A stretch of 64,000 nucleotides of DNA from the human T2T-CHM13v2.0 reference genome, Homo sapiens, in the NCBI RefSeq assembly GCF_009914755.1, contig NC_060948.1, one strand, 5' to 3'. The notes beneath the pieces are model-generated. The model did no database searches. It was given only the letters and a program-made list of their open reading frames with translations, and was not told the origin of the DNA. Positions 40,210-53,419 of this stretch are shown one piece after another; position 1 is the stretch's first letter, and each line of letters opens with the position of its first letter. Position numbers and translations under genes: made by a program.

Positions 40210-41674
40210 TGGGCTGGAATCAAACGGAATGGAATGCTGTGCAATCAAATAGAATGAAAGAGAATCAAATCCAATCGAATGGATTGGAAAGGAATTGACT
40301 GAAATGGAATGGACTAGAATGGAAGGCAAAGGAATGGAATCTATAGGAATGGACTGTAATGGAATGGAATGGAAGGGATTGGAATGGAATCGAATGGAAT
40401 GGACTGCAATAGAAAGGATTCGAATGGAATGAAAAAGAATTGAATGGAATAGAACAGAATGGAATCAAATCGAATGAAATGGAATGAAATAGAAAGGATT
40501 CGAATGGAATGCAATCGAACGGAATGGAATCGAACGGAATGGAATAAAATGGAAGAAAACTGGCAAGAAATGGAATCGAAATGAATGGAGTGTTATGGAA
40601 CGGACTCAAAAGGAATTGAATGTAATAGAATGGAGTGGAGTGGACTCGAATATAATGGACTGGAATGGAATGAAATCACATGGAATGGGAACGAATGGAA
40701 TGGAATGGAAAGGAATGGAATCGAATGGAAAGGAATCGAATGGAAGGGAATGAAATTGAATCAACAGGAATGGAAGGGAATAGAATAGACGGTAATGGAA
40801 TGGACTCGAATAGAATGGACACGAATGCTCAAATTGAATGGACTCGAATGGAATGGAAACGAAAGGAATGTCATCGAATGTAATTGAATCGATTGGAATG
40901 AAATCGCATAGAATGGAGTGGAATCAAATGGAATTGAGTCGAAAGGAAAGGAAGCGAATGGACTGAAATGAAATGGAATGGAATTGAATGGAAAGTAATG
41001 CAATGGAATAGAATGGAACGAAATTTCACGGAATGGAATCAAACTGAATGGAATCAAATCAATGGAATCAAATCAAATGGAATGGAAAGGAATTGAATGG
41101 AGTAGATGGGATTGGATGGGATTGGAATGAAATGTACTGGAAAGAACTCGAATTTCATGAAACGGAATGGAATGAATTGGAACGGAATGGACTCGAATGG
41201 AATGGAATGTCATGGAATGGCATCAAATGGAATGGCATCAAATGGAATGGAATCGAATGCAATGGAATGCTATGGAATGGAATGGAATGCATTGGAATGG
41301 AATGTCCTCTAATGGAATGGATTCGAGTGGAATGGAATCGAATATAATGGAGTCGAATGAAATGGAATTGAAAGGAATGGGACCGAATACAATGGAATAT
41401 ACTGGAATGTAATGTAATGAACTCGAATGTAATTGACTGCAATGGAATGTACATGAATGGAATGTAATCGAATGGAAAGTAATCCAATGGAATAGAATCT
41501 AATGCAATAAAATCGACTCAAATAGAATAGAATGTAATGGAATGGAGTGCAGTGCAATGGAATGGAATGGAATGGAATGCAGTGGAATGGAATGGAATGG
41601 AATGCAATGGAATGGAATGTATTAGAATGTAATGAACATTAATGGAATGTACTCGAATGGATTCGACTGGAATG

Positions 41675-41687
41675 GAATGTTCTGGAA
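41675..41687. promoter_or_regulatory. Candidate heat-shock element B (GAAtgTTCtgGAA), representative
   Basis: Exact GAAnnTTCnnGAA; also at 45219, 48768, 52322, 55860, 59397, 62910. Function not shown. Confidence 0.5.
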
Positions 41688-41954
41688 GTTTATGGACTCC
41701 AATGGAATAGATTCGAAAGGAATGGAATCGAACGGAATGGAATCTAATGGAATGGAATTAAATGGAAATGAATCAAATTGAATAGCACGGAATTGAATTG
41801 AATGGAATAGAATGCAATGTAATCTAATGAAACAGAAAGGAAAGGAATGGAATGGAATGGAATGGGCTGGAATGGAATGGAATCGAAACGAATGGAATGG
41901 AATCGAACTAAAGAGACTGGAATGGAATGCACTGGAATGGAAGGGAGTGTAATG

Positions 41955-41967
41955 GAAGGTTCTCGAA
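41955..41967. promoter_or_regulatory. Candidate heat-shock element C (GAAggTTCtcGAA), representative
   Basis: Exact GAAnnTTCnnGAA; also at 45499, 49048, 52602, 56130, 63165; broken in unit 6 (~59667). Function not shown. Confidence 0.5.
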
Positions 41968-42757
41968 AAAAATGGAATCGAATGGAATGGAATTGAATGG
42001 AACGGAATAGAGTCGAATGGAATTGAATGGAATGGAATGGACTAGAGTGAAATGGAATCGAACCACAAGGAATGGACAGGAATAGAATGGTCTCGAATTG
42101 AATGGAATCGTATGGAATGGCATCAAACGGAATGGAATGGACAGCCACGGAATGGAATGCACTCGAATGCAATGGAGTCGAAACTAATGGACTGGAATAG
42201 AATGGACTCGACTGGTACGGACTCCAATGGAATGGAATCGAATGGAAGGGAATCGAACAGAATGGACTCGAAGGGAAAAGACTGCAATGGAAAGGTCTCG
42301 AATGGAATGGAAATTAATGGAATGGAATGGAATCGAATGAAGTGGAGTCAAAAGGAATGGAATCGAATGGCAAGAAATCGAATGTAATGGAATCGCAAGG
42401 AATTGATGTGAACGGAACGGAATGGAATGGAATCCAAAGGAATGGAATAGAATGGAATGGAATCAAATGGAAAGGACTCGAATGGAAATCACTCGAATAG
42501 AATGCAATTTAATAAAATAGGATCAAATGTAATGGAATGGAATGGAAAGGAATCGAAACGAAAGGAATGGAGACAGATGGAATGGAATGTAACAGAGAGC
42601 AATGGTATAGAATGGAATGGAATCATCTGGAATGGAATTGAATGGAATGCAATAACATGAAATGGAATGGAATGGAATGGAATGCCCTTGAATTAAATGG
42701 ACTGGAATGGAATGGACTCGAACAGAGTGGAATGGAAAGTGTTGAAATAGAATGGAA

Positions 42758-45700
42758 TGGACTCGTTTGGAATGGTCTAGTATGCAATGCAATCGACTGG
42801 CAGGGAATCAAAAGGAATGTAATCGAATGGATTGGACTGGAATGCAATGGACTCGAATAGATTGGAAACGGAATGCAAAGGAATGGAATGGAATAGTATG
42901 GAATGGAATGGAAAGGAATGGAGTGGAATAGACTAGAGTGGAATGGAATGGACTCAAAAGCAATGGACTGGAATGGAACTTTCTTGAATGGACTGGAATC
43001 AAACGGAATGGAATGCAATGCAATCAAATGGCATGGAATAAAATAGAATGAAAGAGAATCAAATGGAATTGAATGGAATGGAATCGAATGGATTGGAAAG
43101 GAATAGAATGGAATGGAATGGAAGTGACTCAAATGGAATGGACTAGAATGGAATGGATTCGAATGGAAGGCAAAGGAATGGAATCTATTGGAATGGACTG
43201 TAATGGAATGGAATGGAAGGGATTGGAATGGACTCGAATGGAATGGACTGCAATAGAAAGGATTCGAATGGAATGAAAAAGAATTGAATGGAATAGAACA
43301 GAATGGAATCAAATCGAATGAAATGGAATGGAATAGAAAGGAATGGAATGAAATGGAATGGAAAGGATTCGAATGGAATGCAATCGAATGGAATGGAATC
43401 GAACGGAATGGAATAAAATGGAAGAAAACTGGCAAGAAATGGAATCGAAATGAATGGAGTGTTATGGAACGGACTCAAAAGGAATTGAATGTAATAGAAT
43501 TGAGTGAAGTGGACTCGAATATAATGGACTGGAATGGAATGAAATCACATGGAATGGGAACGAATGGAATGGAATGGAAAGGAATGGAATCGAATGGAAA
43601 GGAATGGAATGGAAGGGAATGAAACTGAATCAACAGGAATGGAAGGGAGTAGAATAGACGGTAATGGAATGGACTCGAATAGAATGGACACGAATGCACA
43701 AATTGAATGGAATCGAATGGAATGGAAACGAAAGGAATGTCATCGAATGGAATTGAATCGATTGGAATGAAATCGCATAGAATGGAGTGGAATCAAATGG
43801 AATTGAATCGAAAGGAAAGGAAGCGAATGGACTGAAATGGAATGGAATGGAATGGAAAGTAATGCAATGGAATAGAATGGAACGAAATTTCACGGAATGG
43901 AATCAAACTGAATAGAATCAAATCAATGGAATATAATCAAATGGAATGGAAAGGAATTGAATGGAGTAGATTGGATTGGATGGGATTGGAATGAAATGGA
44001 ATGGAAAGGACTCGAATTTCATGAAACGGAATGGAATGAATTGGAACGGAATGGACTCGAATGGAATGGAATGTCATGGAATTGCATCAAATGGAATGGC
44101 ATCAAAGGGAATGGAATCGAATGCAATGGAATGCTATGGAATGGAATGGAATGCATTGGAATGGAATGTCCTCTAATGGAATGGATTCGAGTGGAATGGA
44201 ATCGAATATAATGGAGTCGAATGAAATGGAATTGAAAGGAATGGGATCGAATACAATGGAATATACTGGAATGTAACGTAATGAACTCGAATGTAATTGA
44301 CTGGAATGGAATGTACACGAATGGAATGTAATCGAATGGAAAGTAATCCAATGGAATAGAATCTAATGCAATAAAATCGACTCAAATAGAATAGAATGCA
44401 ATGGAATGGAGTGCAGTGCAATGGAATGGAATGGAATGGAATGCAATGGAATGGAATGGAATGGAATGGAATGCAATGGGATGGAATGGTATGGAATGGA
44501 TAGTAATGGACTGGAGTGAAATGGACTGGAAAGGAATGGACTCAAATTGAAAGGTCTCGAAAGGAATGGAGTCAAATGGAATGGTCTGGAATGGAATGAA
44601 CACGAATGTAATGCAATCCAATAGAATGGAATCGAATGGCATGGAATATAAAGAAATGGAATCGAAGAGAATGGAAACAAATGGAATGGAATTGAATGGA
44701 ATGGAATTGAATGGAATGGGAACGAATGGAGTGAAATTGTATGCAGTAGAAGAGAATAGAATGGAATGCAAGCGAAAGGAAAGGAATGGATTGGAATGGA
44801 ATGGAATTCATTGGAATGGAAGGGAATGTAGTGTAATGGACAGGCCTGGAATAAAGTGGAATGCTACGGTCTCGAATGGAATAAAAATGTATGGAATGGA
44901 ATGCAATGAAACGGAATCGAATGTCATAGAATGTAATGGAATGCAAAAAAATGGAATCCAAAATCATTGACTGGAAAGGCTGGGTGTCGAAAGGAATTGA
45001 CTCCAATGGAATGGAATCGAATGGAATGGAAGTGAATAGAATCGAACTAAATCGAATGGAATGGAATTGATAGGAACGGAATGGAAAGGAATGCAATGAT
45101 TTGGCATGGAATGGAATCGAATGGCATCGAATGGAATGGAATGGAATGCAATGGAATGGAATATATTAGAATGTAATGAACTTTAATGGAATGTACTCGA
45201 ATGGATTCGACTGGAATGGAATGTTCTGGAAGTGAATGGACTCCAATGGAATGGATTCGAAAGGAATAGAATCGTACGGAATGGAATCTAATGGAATGGA
45301 ATTAAATGGAAATGAATCAAATTGAATAGCACGGAATTGAATTGAATGGAATGGAATGCAATGGAATCTAATGAAACGGAAAGGAAAGGAATGGAATGGA
45401 ATGGAATGGGCTGGAATGGAAAGGAATCGAAACGAATGGAATGGAATCGAACTGAAGAGACTGGAATGGAATGCACTGGAATGGAAGGGAGTGTAATGGA
45501 AGGTTCTCGAAAAAAATGGAATCGAATGGAATGGAATTGAATGGAACGGAATAGAGTCGAATGGAATTGAATGGAATGGAATGGACTAGAGTGAAATGGA
45601 ATCGAACCACAAGGAATGGACAGGAATAGAATGGTCTCGAATTGAATGGAATCGTATGGAATGGCATCAAACGGAATGGAATGGACAGCCACGGAATGGA

Positions 45701-46301
45701 ATGCACTCGAATGCAATGGAGTCGAAACTAATGGACTGGAATAGAATGCACTCGACTGGTACGGACTCCAATGGAATGGAATCGAATGCAAGGGAATCGA
45801 ACGGAATGGACTCGAAGGGAAAAGACTGCAATGGAAAGGTCTCGAATGGAATGGAAATTAATGGAATGGATTGGAATCGAATGAAATGGAGTCAAAAGGA
45901 ATGGAATCGAATGGCAAGAAATCAAATGTAATGGAATCGCAAGGAATTGATGTGAACGGAACGGAATGGAATGGAATCCAAAGGAATGGAATAGAATGGA
46001 ATGGAATCGAATGGAAAGGACTCGAATGGAAATCACTCGAATAGAATGCAATTTAATAAAATAGGATCAAATGTAATGGAATGGAATGGAAAGGAATCGA
46101 AACGAAAGGAATGGAGACAGATGGAATGGAATGGAACAGAGAGCAATGGTATAGAATGGAATGGAATCATCTGGAATGGAATTGAATGGAATGGAATAAC
46201 ATGAAATGGAATGGAATGGAATGGAATGCCCTTGAATTAAATGGACTGGAATGGAATGGACTCGAACAGAGTGGAATGGAAAGTGTTGAAATATAATGGA
46301 A
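42758..46301 (+). repeat. DYZ1 unit 2 (3544 bp)
   Basis: Landmark spacing. Confidence 0.9.
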
Positions 46302-49300
46302 TGGACTCCTTTGGAATGGTCTAGTATGCAATGCAATCGACTGGCAGGGAATCAAAAGGAATGTAATCGAATGGATTGGACTGGAATGCAATGGATTCGA
46401 ATAGATTGGAAACGGAATGCAAAGGAATGGAATGGAATAGTATGGAATGGAATGGAAAGTAATGGAGTGGAATAGACTAGAGTGGAATGGAATGGACTGG
46501 AAAGCAATGGACTGGAATGGAACTTTCTTGAATGGAGTGGAATCAAACGGAATGGAATGCACTGCAATCAAATGGCATGGAATAAAATAGAATGAAAGAG
46601 AATCAAACGGAATTGAATCGAATGGAATCGAATGGATTGGAAAGGAATAGAATGGAATGGAATGGAATTGACTCAAATGGAATGGACTAGAATGGAATGG
46701 ATTCGAATGGAAGGCAAAGGAATGGAATCTATTGGAATGGACTGTAATGGAATGGAATGGAAGGGATTGGAATGGACTCGAATGGAATGGACTGCAATAG
46801 AAAGGATTCGAATGGAATGAAAAAGAATTGAATGGAATAGAACAGAATGGAATCAAATCGAATGAAATGGAATGGAATAGTAAGGAATGGAATGAAATGG
46901 AATGGAAAGGATTCGAATGGAATGCAATCGAATGGAATGCAATCGAATGGAATGGAATCGAACGGAATGGAATAAAATGGAAGAAAACTGGCAAGAAATG
47001 GAATCGAAATGAATGGAGTGTTATGGAACGGACTCAAAAGGAATTGAATGTAATAGAATGGAGTGGAGTGGACTCGAATATAATGGACTGGAATGGAATG
47101 AAATCACATGGAATGGGAACGAATGGAATGGAATGGAAAGGAATGGAATCGAATGGAAAGGAATCGAATGGAAGGGAATGAAATTGAATCAACAGGAATG
47201 GAAGGGAATAGAATAGACGGTAATGGAATGGACTCGAATAGAATGGACACGAATGCTCACATTGAATGGACTCGAGTGGAATGGAAACGAAACGAATGTC
47301 ATCGAATGGAATTGAATCGATTGGAATGAAATCGCATAGAATGGACTGGAATCAAATGGAATTGAGTCGAAAGGAAAGGAAGCGAATGGACTGAAATGAA
47401 ATGGAATGGAATTGAATGGAAAGTAATGCAATGGAATAGAATGGAACGAAATTTCACGGAATGGAATCAAACTGAATGGAATCAAATCAATGGAATATAA
47501 TCAAATGGAATGGAAAGGAATTGAATGGAGTAGATGGGACTGGATGGGATTGGAATGAAATGTACTGGAAAGGACTCGAATTTCATGAAACGGAATGGAA
47601 TGAATTGGAACGGAATGGACTCGATTGGAATGGAATGTCATGGAATGGCATCAAATGGAATGGAATCGAATGCAATGGAATGCTATGGAATGGAATGGAA
47701 TGCATTGGAATGGAATGTCCTCTAATGGAATGGATTCGAGTGGAATGGAATCGAATATAATGGAGTCGAATGAAATGGAATTGAAAGGAATGGGATCGAA
47801 TACAATGGAATATACTGGAATGTAACGTAATGAACTCGAATGTAATTGACTGGAATGGAATGTACATGAATGGAATGTAATCGAATGGAAAGTAATCCAA
47901 TGGAATAGAATCTAATGCAATAAAATCGACTCAAATAGAATAGAATGGAATGGAATGGAGTGCAGTGCAATGGAATGGAAGGGAATGGAATGCAATGGAA
48001 TGGAATGTAATGGAATGGAATGGAATGGGATGGAATGGTATGGAATGGATAGTAATGGACTGGAGTGAAATGGACTGGAAAGGAATGGACTCAAATTGAA
48101 AGGGCTCGAAAGGAATGCAGTCAAATGGAATGATCTGGAATGGAATGAACACGAATGTAATGCAATCCAATAGAATGGAATCGAATGGCATGGAATATAA
48201 AGAAATGGAATCGAAGAGAATGGAAACAAATGGAATGGAATTGAATGGAATGGAATTGAATGGAATGAGAATGAATGGAGTGAAATTGTATGCAGTAGAA
48301 GAGAATAGAATGGAATGCAAGCGAAAGGAAAGGAATGGATTGGAATGGAATGGAATTCATTGGAATGGAAGGGAATGTAGTGTAATGGACAGGCCTGGAA
48401 TAAAGTGGAATGCTACGGTCTCGAATGGAATAAAAATGTATGGAATGGAATGCAATGAAACGGAATCGAATGTCATAGAATGTAATGGAATGCAAAAAAA
48501 TGGAATCCAAAATCATTGACTGGAAAGGCTGGGTGTCGAAAGGAATTGACTCCAATGGAATGGAATCGAATGGAATGGAAGTGAATAGAATCGAACTAAA
48601 TCGAATGGAATGGAATTGATAGGAACGGAATGGAAAGGAATGCAATGATTTGGCATGGAATGGAATCGAATGGCATCGAATGGAATGGAATGGAATGCAA
48701 TGGAATGGAATGTATTAGAATGTAATGAACTTTAATGGAATGTACTCGAATGGATTCGACTGGAATGGAATGTTCTGGAAGTGAATGGACTCCAATGGAA
48801 TGGATTCGAAAGGAATGGAATCGTACGGAATGGAATCTAATGGAATGGAATTAAATGGAAATGAATCAAATTGAATAGCACGGAACTGAATTGAATGGAA
48901 TCGAATGCAATGGAATCTAATGAAACGGAAAGGAAAGGAATGGAATGGAATGGAATGGGCTGGAATGGAATGGAATCGAAACAAATGGAATGGAATCGAA
49001 CTGAAGAGACTGGAATGGAATGCACTGGAATGGAAGGGAGTGTAATGGAAGGTTCTCGAAAAAAATGGAATCGAATGGAATGGAATTGAATGGAACGGAA
49101 TAGAGTCGAATGGAATTGAATGGAATGGAATGGACTAGAGTGAAATGGAATCGAACCACAAGGAATGGACAGGAATAGAATGGTCTCGAATTGAATGGAA
49201 TCGTATGGAATGGCATCAAACGGAATGGAATGGACAGCCACGGAATGGAATGCACTCGAATGCAATGGAGTCGAAACTAATGGACTGGAATAGAATGGAC

Positions 49301-49850
49301 TCGACTGGTACGGACTCCAATGGAATGGAATCGAATGGAAGGGAATCGAACGGAATGGACTCGAAGGCAAAAGACTGCAATGGAAAGGTGTCGAATGGAA
49401 TGGAAATTAATGGAATGGAATGGAATCGAATGAAATGGAGTCAAAAGGAATGGAATCGAATGGCAAGAAATCGAATGTAATGGAATCGCAAGGAATTGAT
49501 GTGAACGGAACGGAATGGAATGGAATCCAAAGGAATGGAATAGAATGGAATGGAATCGAATGGAAAGGACTCGAATGGAAATCACTCGAATAGAATGCAA
49601 TTTAATAAAATAGGATCAAATGTAATAAAATGGAATGGAAAGGAATCGAAACGAAAGGAATGGAGACAGATGGAATGGAATGGAACAGAGAGCAATGGTA
49701 TAGAATGGAATGGAATCATCTGGAATGGAATTGAATGGAATGGAATAACATGAAATGGAATGGAATGGAATGGAATGCCTTTGAATTAAATGGACTGGAA
49801 TGGAATGGTCTCGAACAGAGTGGAATGGAAAGTGTTGGAATAGAATGGAA
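46302..49850 (+). repeat. DYZ1 unit 3 (3549 bp)
   Basis: Landmark spacing. Confidence 0.9.
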
Positions 49851-52800
49851 TGGACTCGTTTGGAATGGTGTAGTATGCAATGCAATCGACTGGCAGGGAT
49901 TCAAAAGGAATGTAATCGAATGGATTGGACTGGAATGCAATGGACTCGAATAGATTGGAAACGGAATGCAAAGGAATGGAATGGAATAGTATGGAATGGA
50001 ATGGAAAGGAATGGAGTGGAATAGACTAGAGTGGAATGGAATGGACTGGAAAGCAATGGACTGGAATGGAACTTTCTTGAATGGACTGGAATCAAACGGA
50101 ATGGAATGCAATGCAATCAAATGGCATGGAATAAAATAGAATGAAAGAGAATCAAATGGAATTGAATCGAATGGAATCGAATGGATTGGAAAGGAATAGA
50201 ATGGAATGGAATGGAATTGACTCAAATGGAATGGACTAGAATGGAATGGATTCGAATGGAAGGCAAAGGAATGGAATCTATTGGAATGGACTGTAATGGA
50301 ATGGAATGGAAGGGATTGGAATGGACTCGAATGGAATGGACTGCAATAGAAAGGATTCGAATGGAATGAAAAAGAATTGAATGGAATAGAACAGAATGGA
50401 ATCAAATCGAATGAAATGGAATGGAATAGAAAGGAATGGAATGAAATGGAATGGAAAGGATTCGAATGGAATGCAATCGAATGGAATGGAATCGAACGGA
50501 ATGGAATAAAATGGAAGAAAACTGGCAAGAAATGGAATCGAAATGAATGGAGTGTTATGGATCGGACTCAAAAGGAATTGAATGTAATAGAATGGAGTGG
50601 AGTGGACTCGAATATAATGGACTGGAATGGAATGAAATCACATGGAATGGGAACGAATGGAATGGAATGGAAAGGAATGGAATCGAATGGAAAGGAATCG
50701 AATGGAAGGGAATGAAATTGAATCAACAGGAATGGAAGGGAGTAGAATAGACGGTAATGGAATGGACTCGAATAGAATGGACACGAATGCTCAAATTGAA
50801 TGGACTCGAATGGAATGGAAACGAAAGGAATGTCATCGAATGGAATTGAATCGGTTGGAATGAAATCGCATAGAATGGAGTGGAATCAAATGGAATTGAA
50901 TCGAAAGGAAAGGAAGCGAATGGACTGAAATGAAATGGAATGGAATTGAATGGAAATTAATGCAATGGAATAGAATGGAACGAAATTTCACGGAATGGAA
51001 TCAAACTGAATGGAATCAAATCAATGGAATATAATCAAATGGAATGGAAAGGAATTGAATGGAGTAGATTGGGTTGGATGGGATTGGAATGAAATGGAAT
51101 GGAAAGGACTCGAATTTCATGAAACGGAATGGAATGAATTGGAACGGAATGGACTCGAATGGAATGGAATGACATGGAATGGCAAGAAATGGAATGGCAT
51201 CAAAGGGAATGGAATCGAATGCAATGGAATGCTATGGAATGGAATGGAATGCATTGGAATGGAATGTCCTCTAATGGAATGGATTCGAGTGGAATGGAAT
51301 CTAATATAATGGAGTCGAATGAAATGGAATTGAAAGGAATGGGATCGAATACAATGGAATATACTGGAATGTAATGTAAAGAACTCGAATGTAATTGAAT
51401 GGAAAGGAATGTACATGAATGGAATGTAATCGAATGGAAAGTAATCCAATGGAATAGTATCTAATGTAATAAAATCGACTCAGATAGAGTAGAATGTAAT
51501 GGAATGGAGTGTAGTGCAATGGAATGGAATGGAATGGAATGCAATGGAATGGAAAGGAATGGAATGGAATGGAATGGAATGGGATGGAATGGTATGGAAT
51601 GGATAGTAATGGACTGGAGTGAAATGGACTGGAAAGGAATGGACTCAAATTGAAAGGTCTCGAAAGGAATGGAGTCAAAAGGAATGGTCTGGAATGGAAT
51701 GAACACGAATGTAATGCAATCCAATAGAATGGAGTCGAATGGCATGGAATATAAAGAAATGGAATCGAAGAGAATGGAAACAAATGGAATGGAATTGAAT
51801 GGAATGGAATTGAATGGAATGGGAAGGAATGGAGTGAAATTGTATGCAGTAGAAGAGAATAGAATGGAATGCAAGCAAAAGGAAAGGAATGGATTGGAAT
51901 GGAATGGAATTCATTGGAATGGAAGGGAATGTAGTGTAATGGACAGGCCTGGAATAAAGTGGAATGCTACGGTCTCGAATGGAATAAAAATGTATGGAAT
52001 GGAATGCAATGAAACGGAATCGAATGTCATAGAATGTAATGGAATACAAAAAAATGGAATCCAAAATCATTGACTGGAAAGGCTGGGTGTCGAAAGGAAT
52101 TGACTCCAATGGAATGGAATCGAATGGAATGGAAGTGAATAGAATCGAACTAAATCGAATGGAATGGAATTGATAGGAACGGAATGGAAAGGAATGCAAT
52201 GATTTGGCATGGAATGGAATCGAATGGCATCGAATGGAATGGAATGGAATGCAATGGAATGGAATGTATTAGAATGTAATGAACTTTAATGGAATGTACT
52301 CGAATGGATTCGACTGGAATGGAATGTTCTGGAAGTGAATGGACTCCAATGGAATGGATTCAAAAGGAATGGAATCGTACGGAATGGAATCTAATGGAAT
52401 GGAATTAAATGGAAATGAATCAAATTGAATAGCACGGAATTGAATTGAATGGAATCGAATGCAATGGAATCTAATGAAACGGAAAGGAAAGGAATGGAAT
52501 GGAATGGAATGGGCTGGAATGGAAAGGAATCGAAACGAATGGAATGGAATCGAACTGAAGAGACTGGAATGGAATGCACTGGAATGGAAGGGAGTGTAAT
52601 GGAAGGTTCTCGAAAAAAATGGAATCGAATGGAATGGAATTGAATGGAACGGAATAGAGTCGAATGGAATTGAATGGAATGGAATGGACTAGAGTGAAAT
52701 GGAATCGAACCACAAGGAATGGACAGGAATAAAATGGTCTCGAATTGAATGGAATCGTATGGAATGGCATCAAACGGAATGGAATGGACAGCCACGGAAT

Positions 52801-53419
52801 GGAATGCACTCGAATGCAATGGAGTCGAAACTAATGGACTGGAATAGAATGGACTCGACTGGTACGGACTCCAATGGAATGGAATCGAATGGAAGGGAAT
52901 CGAACGGAAGGGAATCGAACGGAATGGACTCGAAGGGAAAAGACTGCAATGGAAAGGTCTCGAATGGAATGGAAATTAATGGAATGGAATGGAATCGAAT
53001 GAAATGGAGTCAAAAGGAATGGAATCGAATGGCAAGAAATCGAATGTAATGGAATCGCAAGGAATTGATGTGAACGGAACGGAATGGAATGGAATCCAAA
53101 GGAATGGAATAGAATGGAACGGAATCGAATGGAAAGGACTCGAATGGAAATCACTCGAATAGAATGCAATTTAATAAAATAGGATCAAATGTAATGGAAT
53201 GGAATGGAAAGGAATCGAAACGAAAGGAATGGAGACAGATGGAATGGAATGGAACAGAGAGCAATGGTATAGAATGGAATGGAATCATCTGGAATGGAAT
53301 TGAATGGAATGGAATAATATGAAATGAAATGGAATGGAATGGAATGTCCTTGAATTAAATGGACTGGAATGGAATGGACTCGAACAGAGTGGAATGGAAA
53401 GTGTTGAAATAGAATGGAA
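49851..53419 (+). repeat. DYZ1 unit 4 (3569 bp)
   Basis: Landmark spacing. Confidence 0.9.

Larger units (their letters stand above)
39979..42757 (+). repeat. DYZ1 unit 1, internally deleted (2779 bp)
   Basis: Landmark spacing 40001 to 42780; lacks the EcoRI/StuI-bearing segment. Confidence 0.9.

Noticed and set aside
40881-40891. DUX4-like motif TAATTGAATCG
   Set aside because: Mismatches the TAAYBBAATCA consensus and occurs in one unit only.
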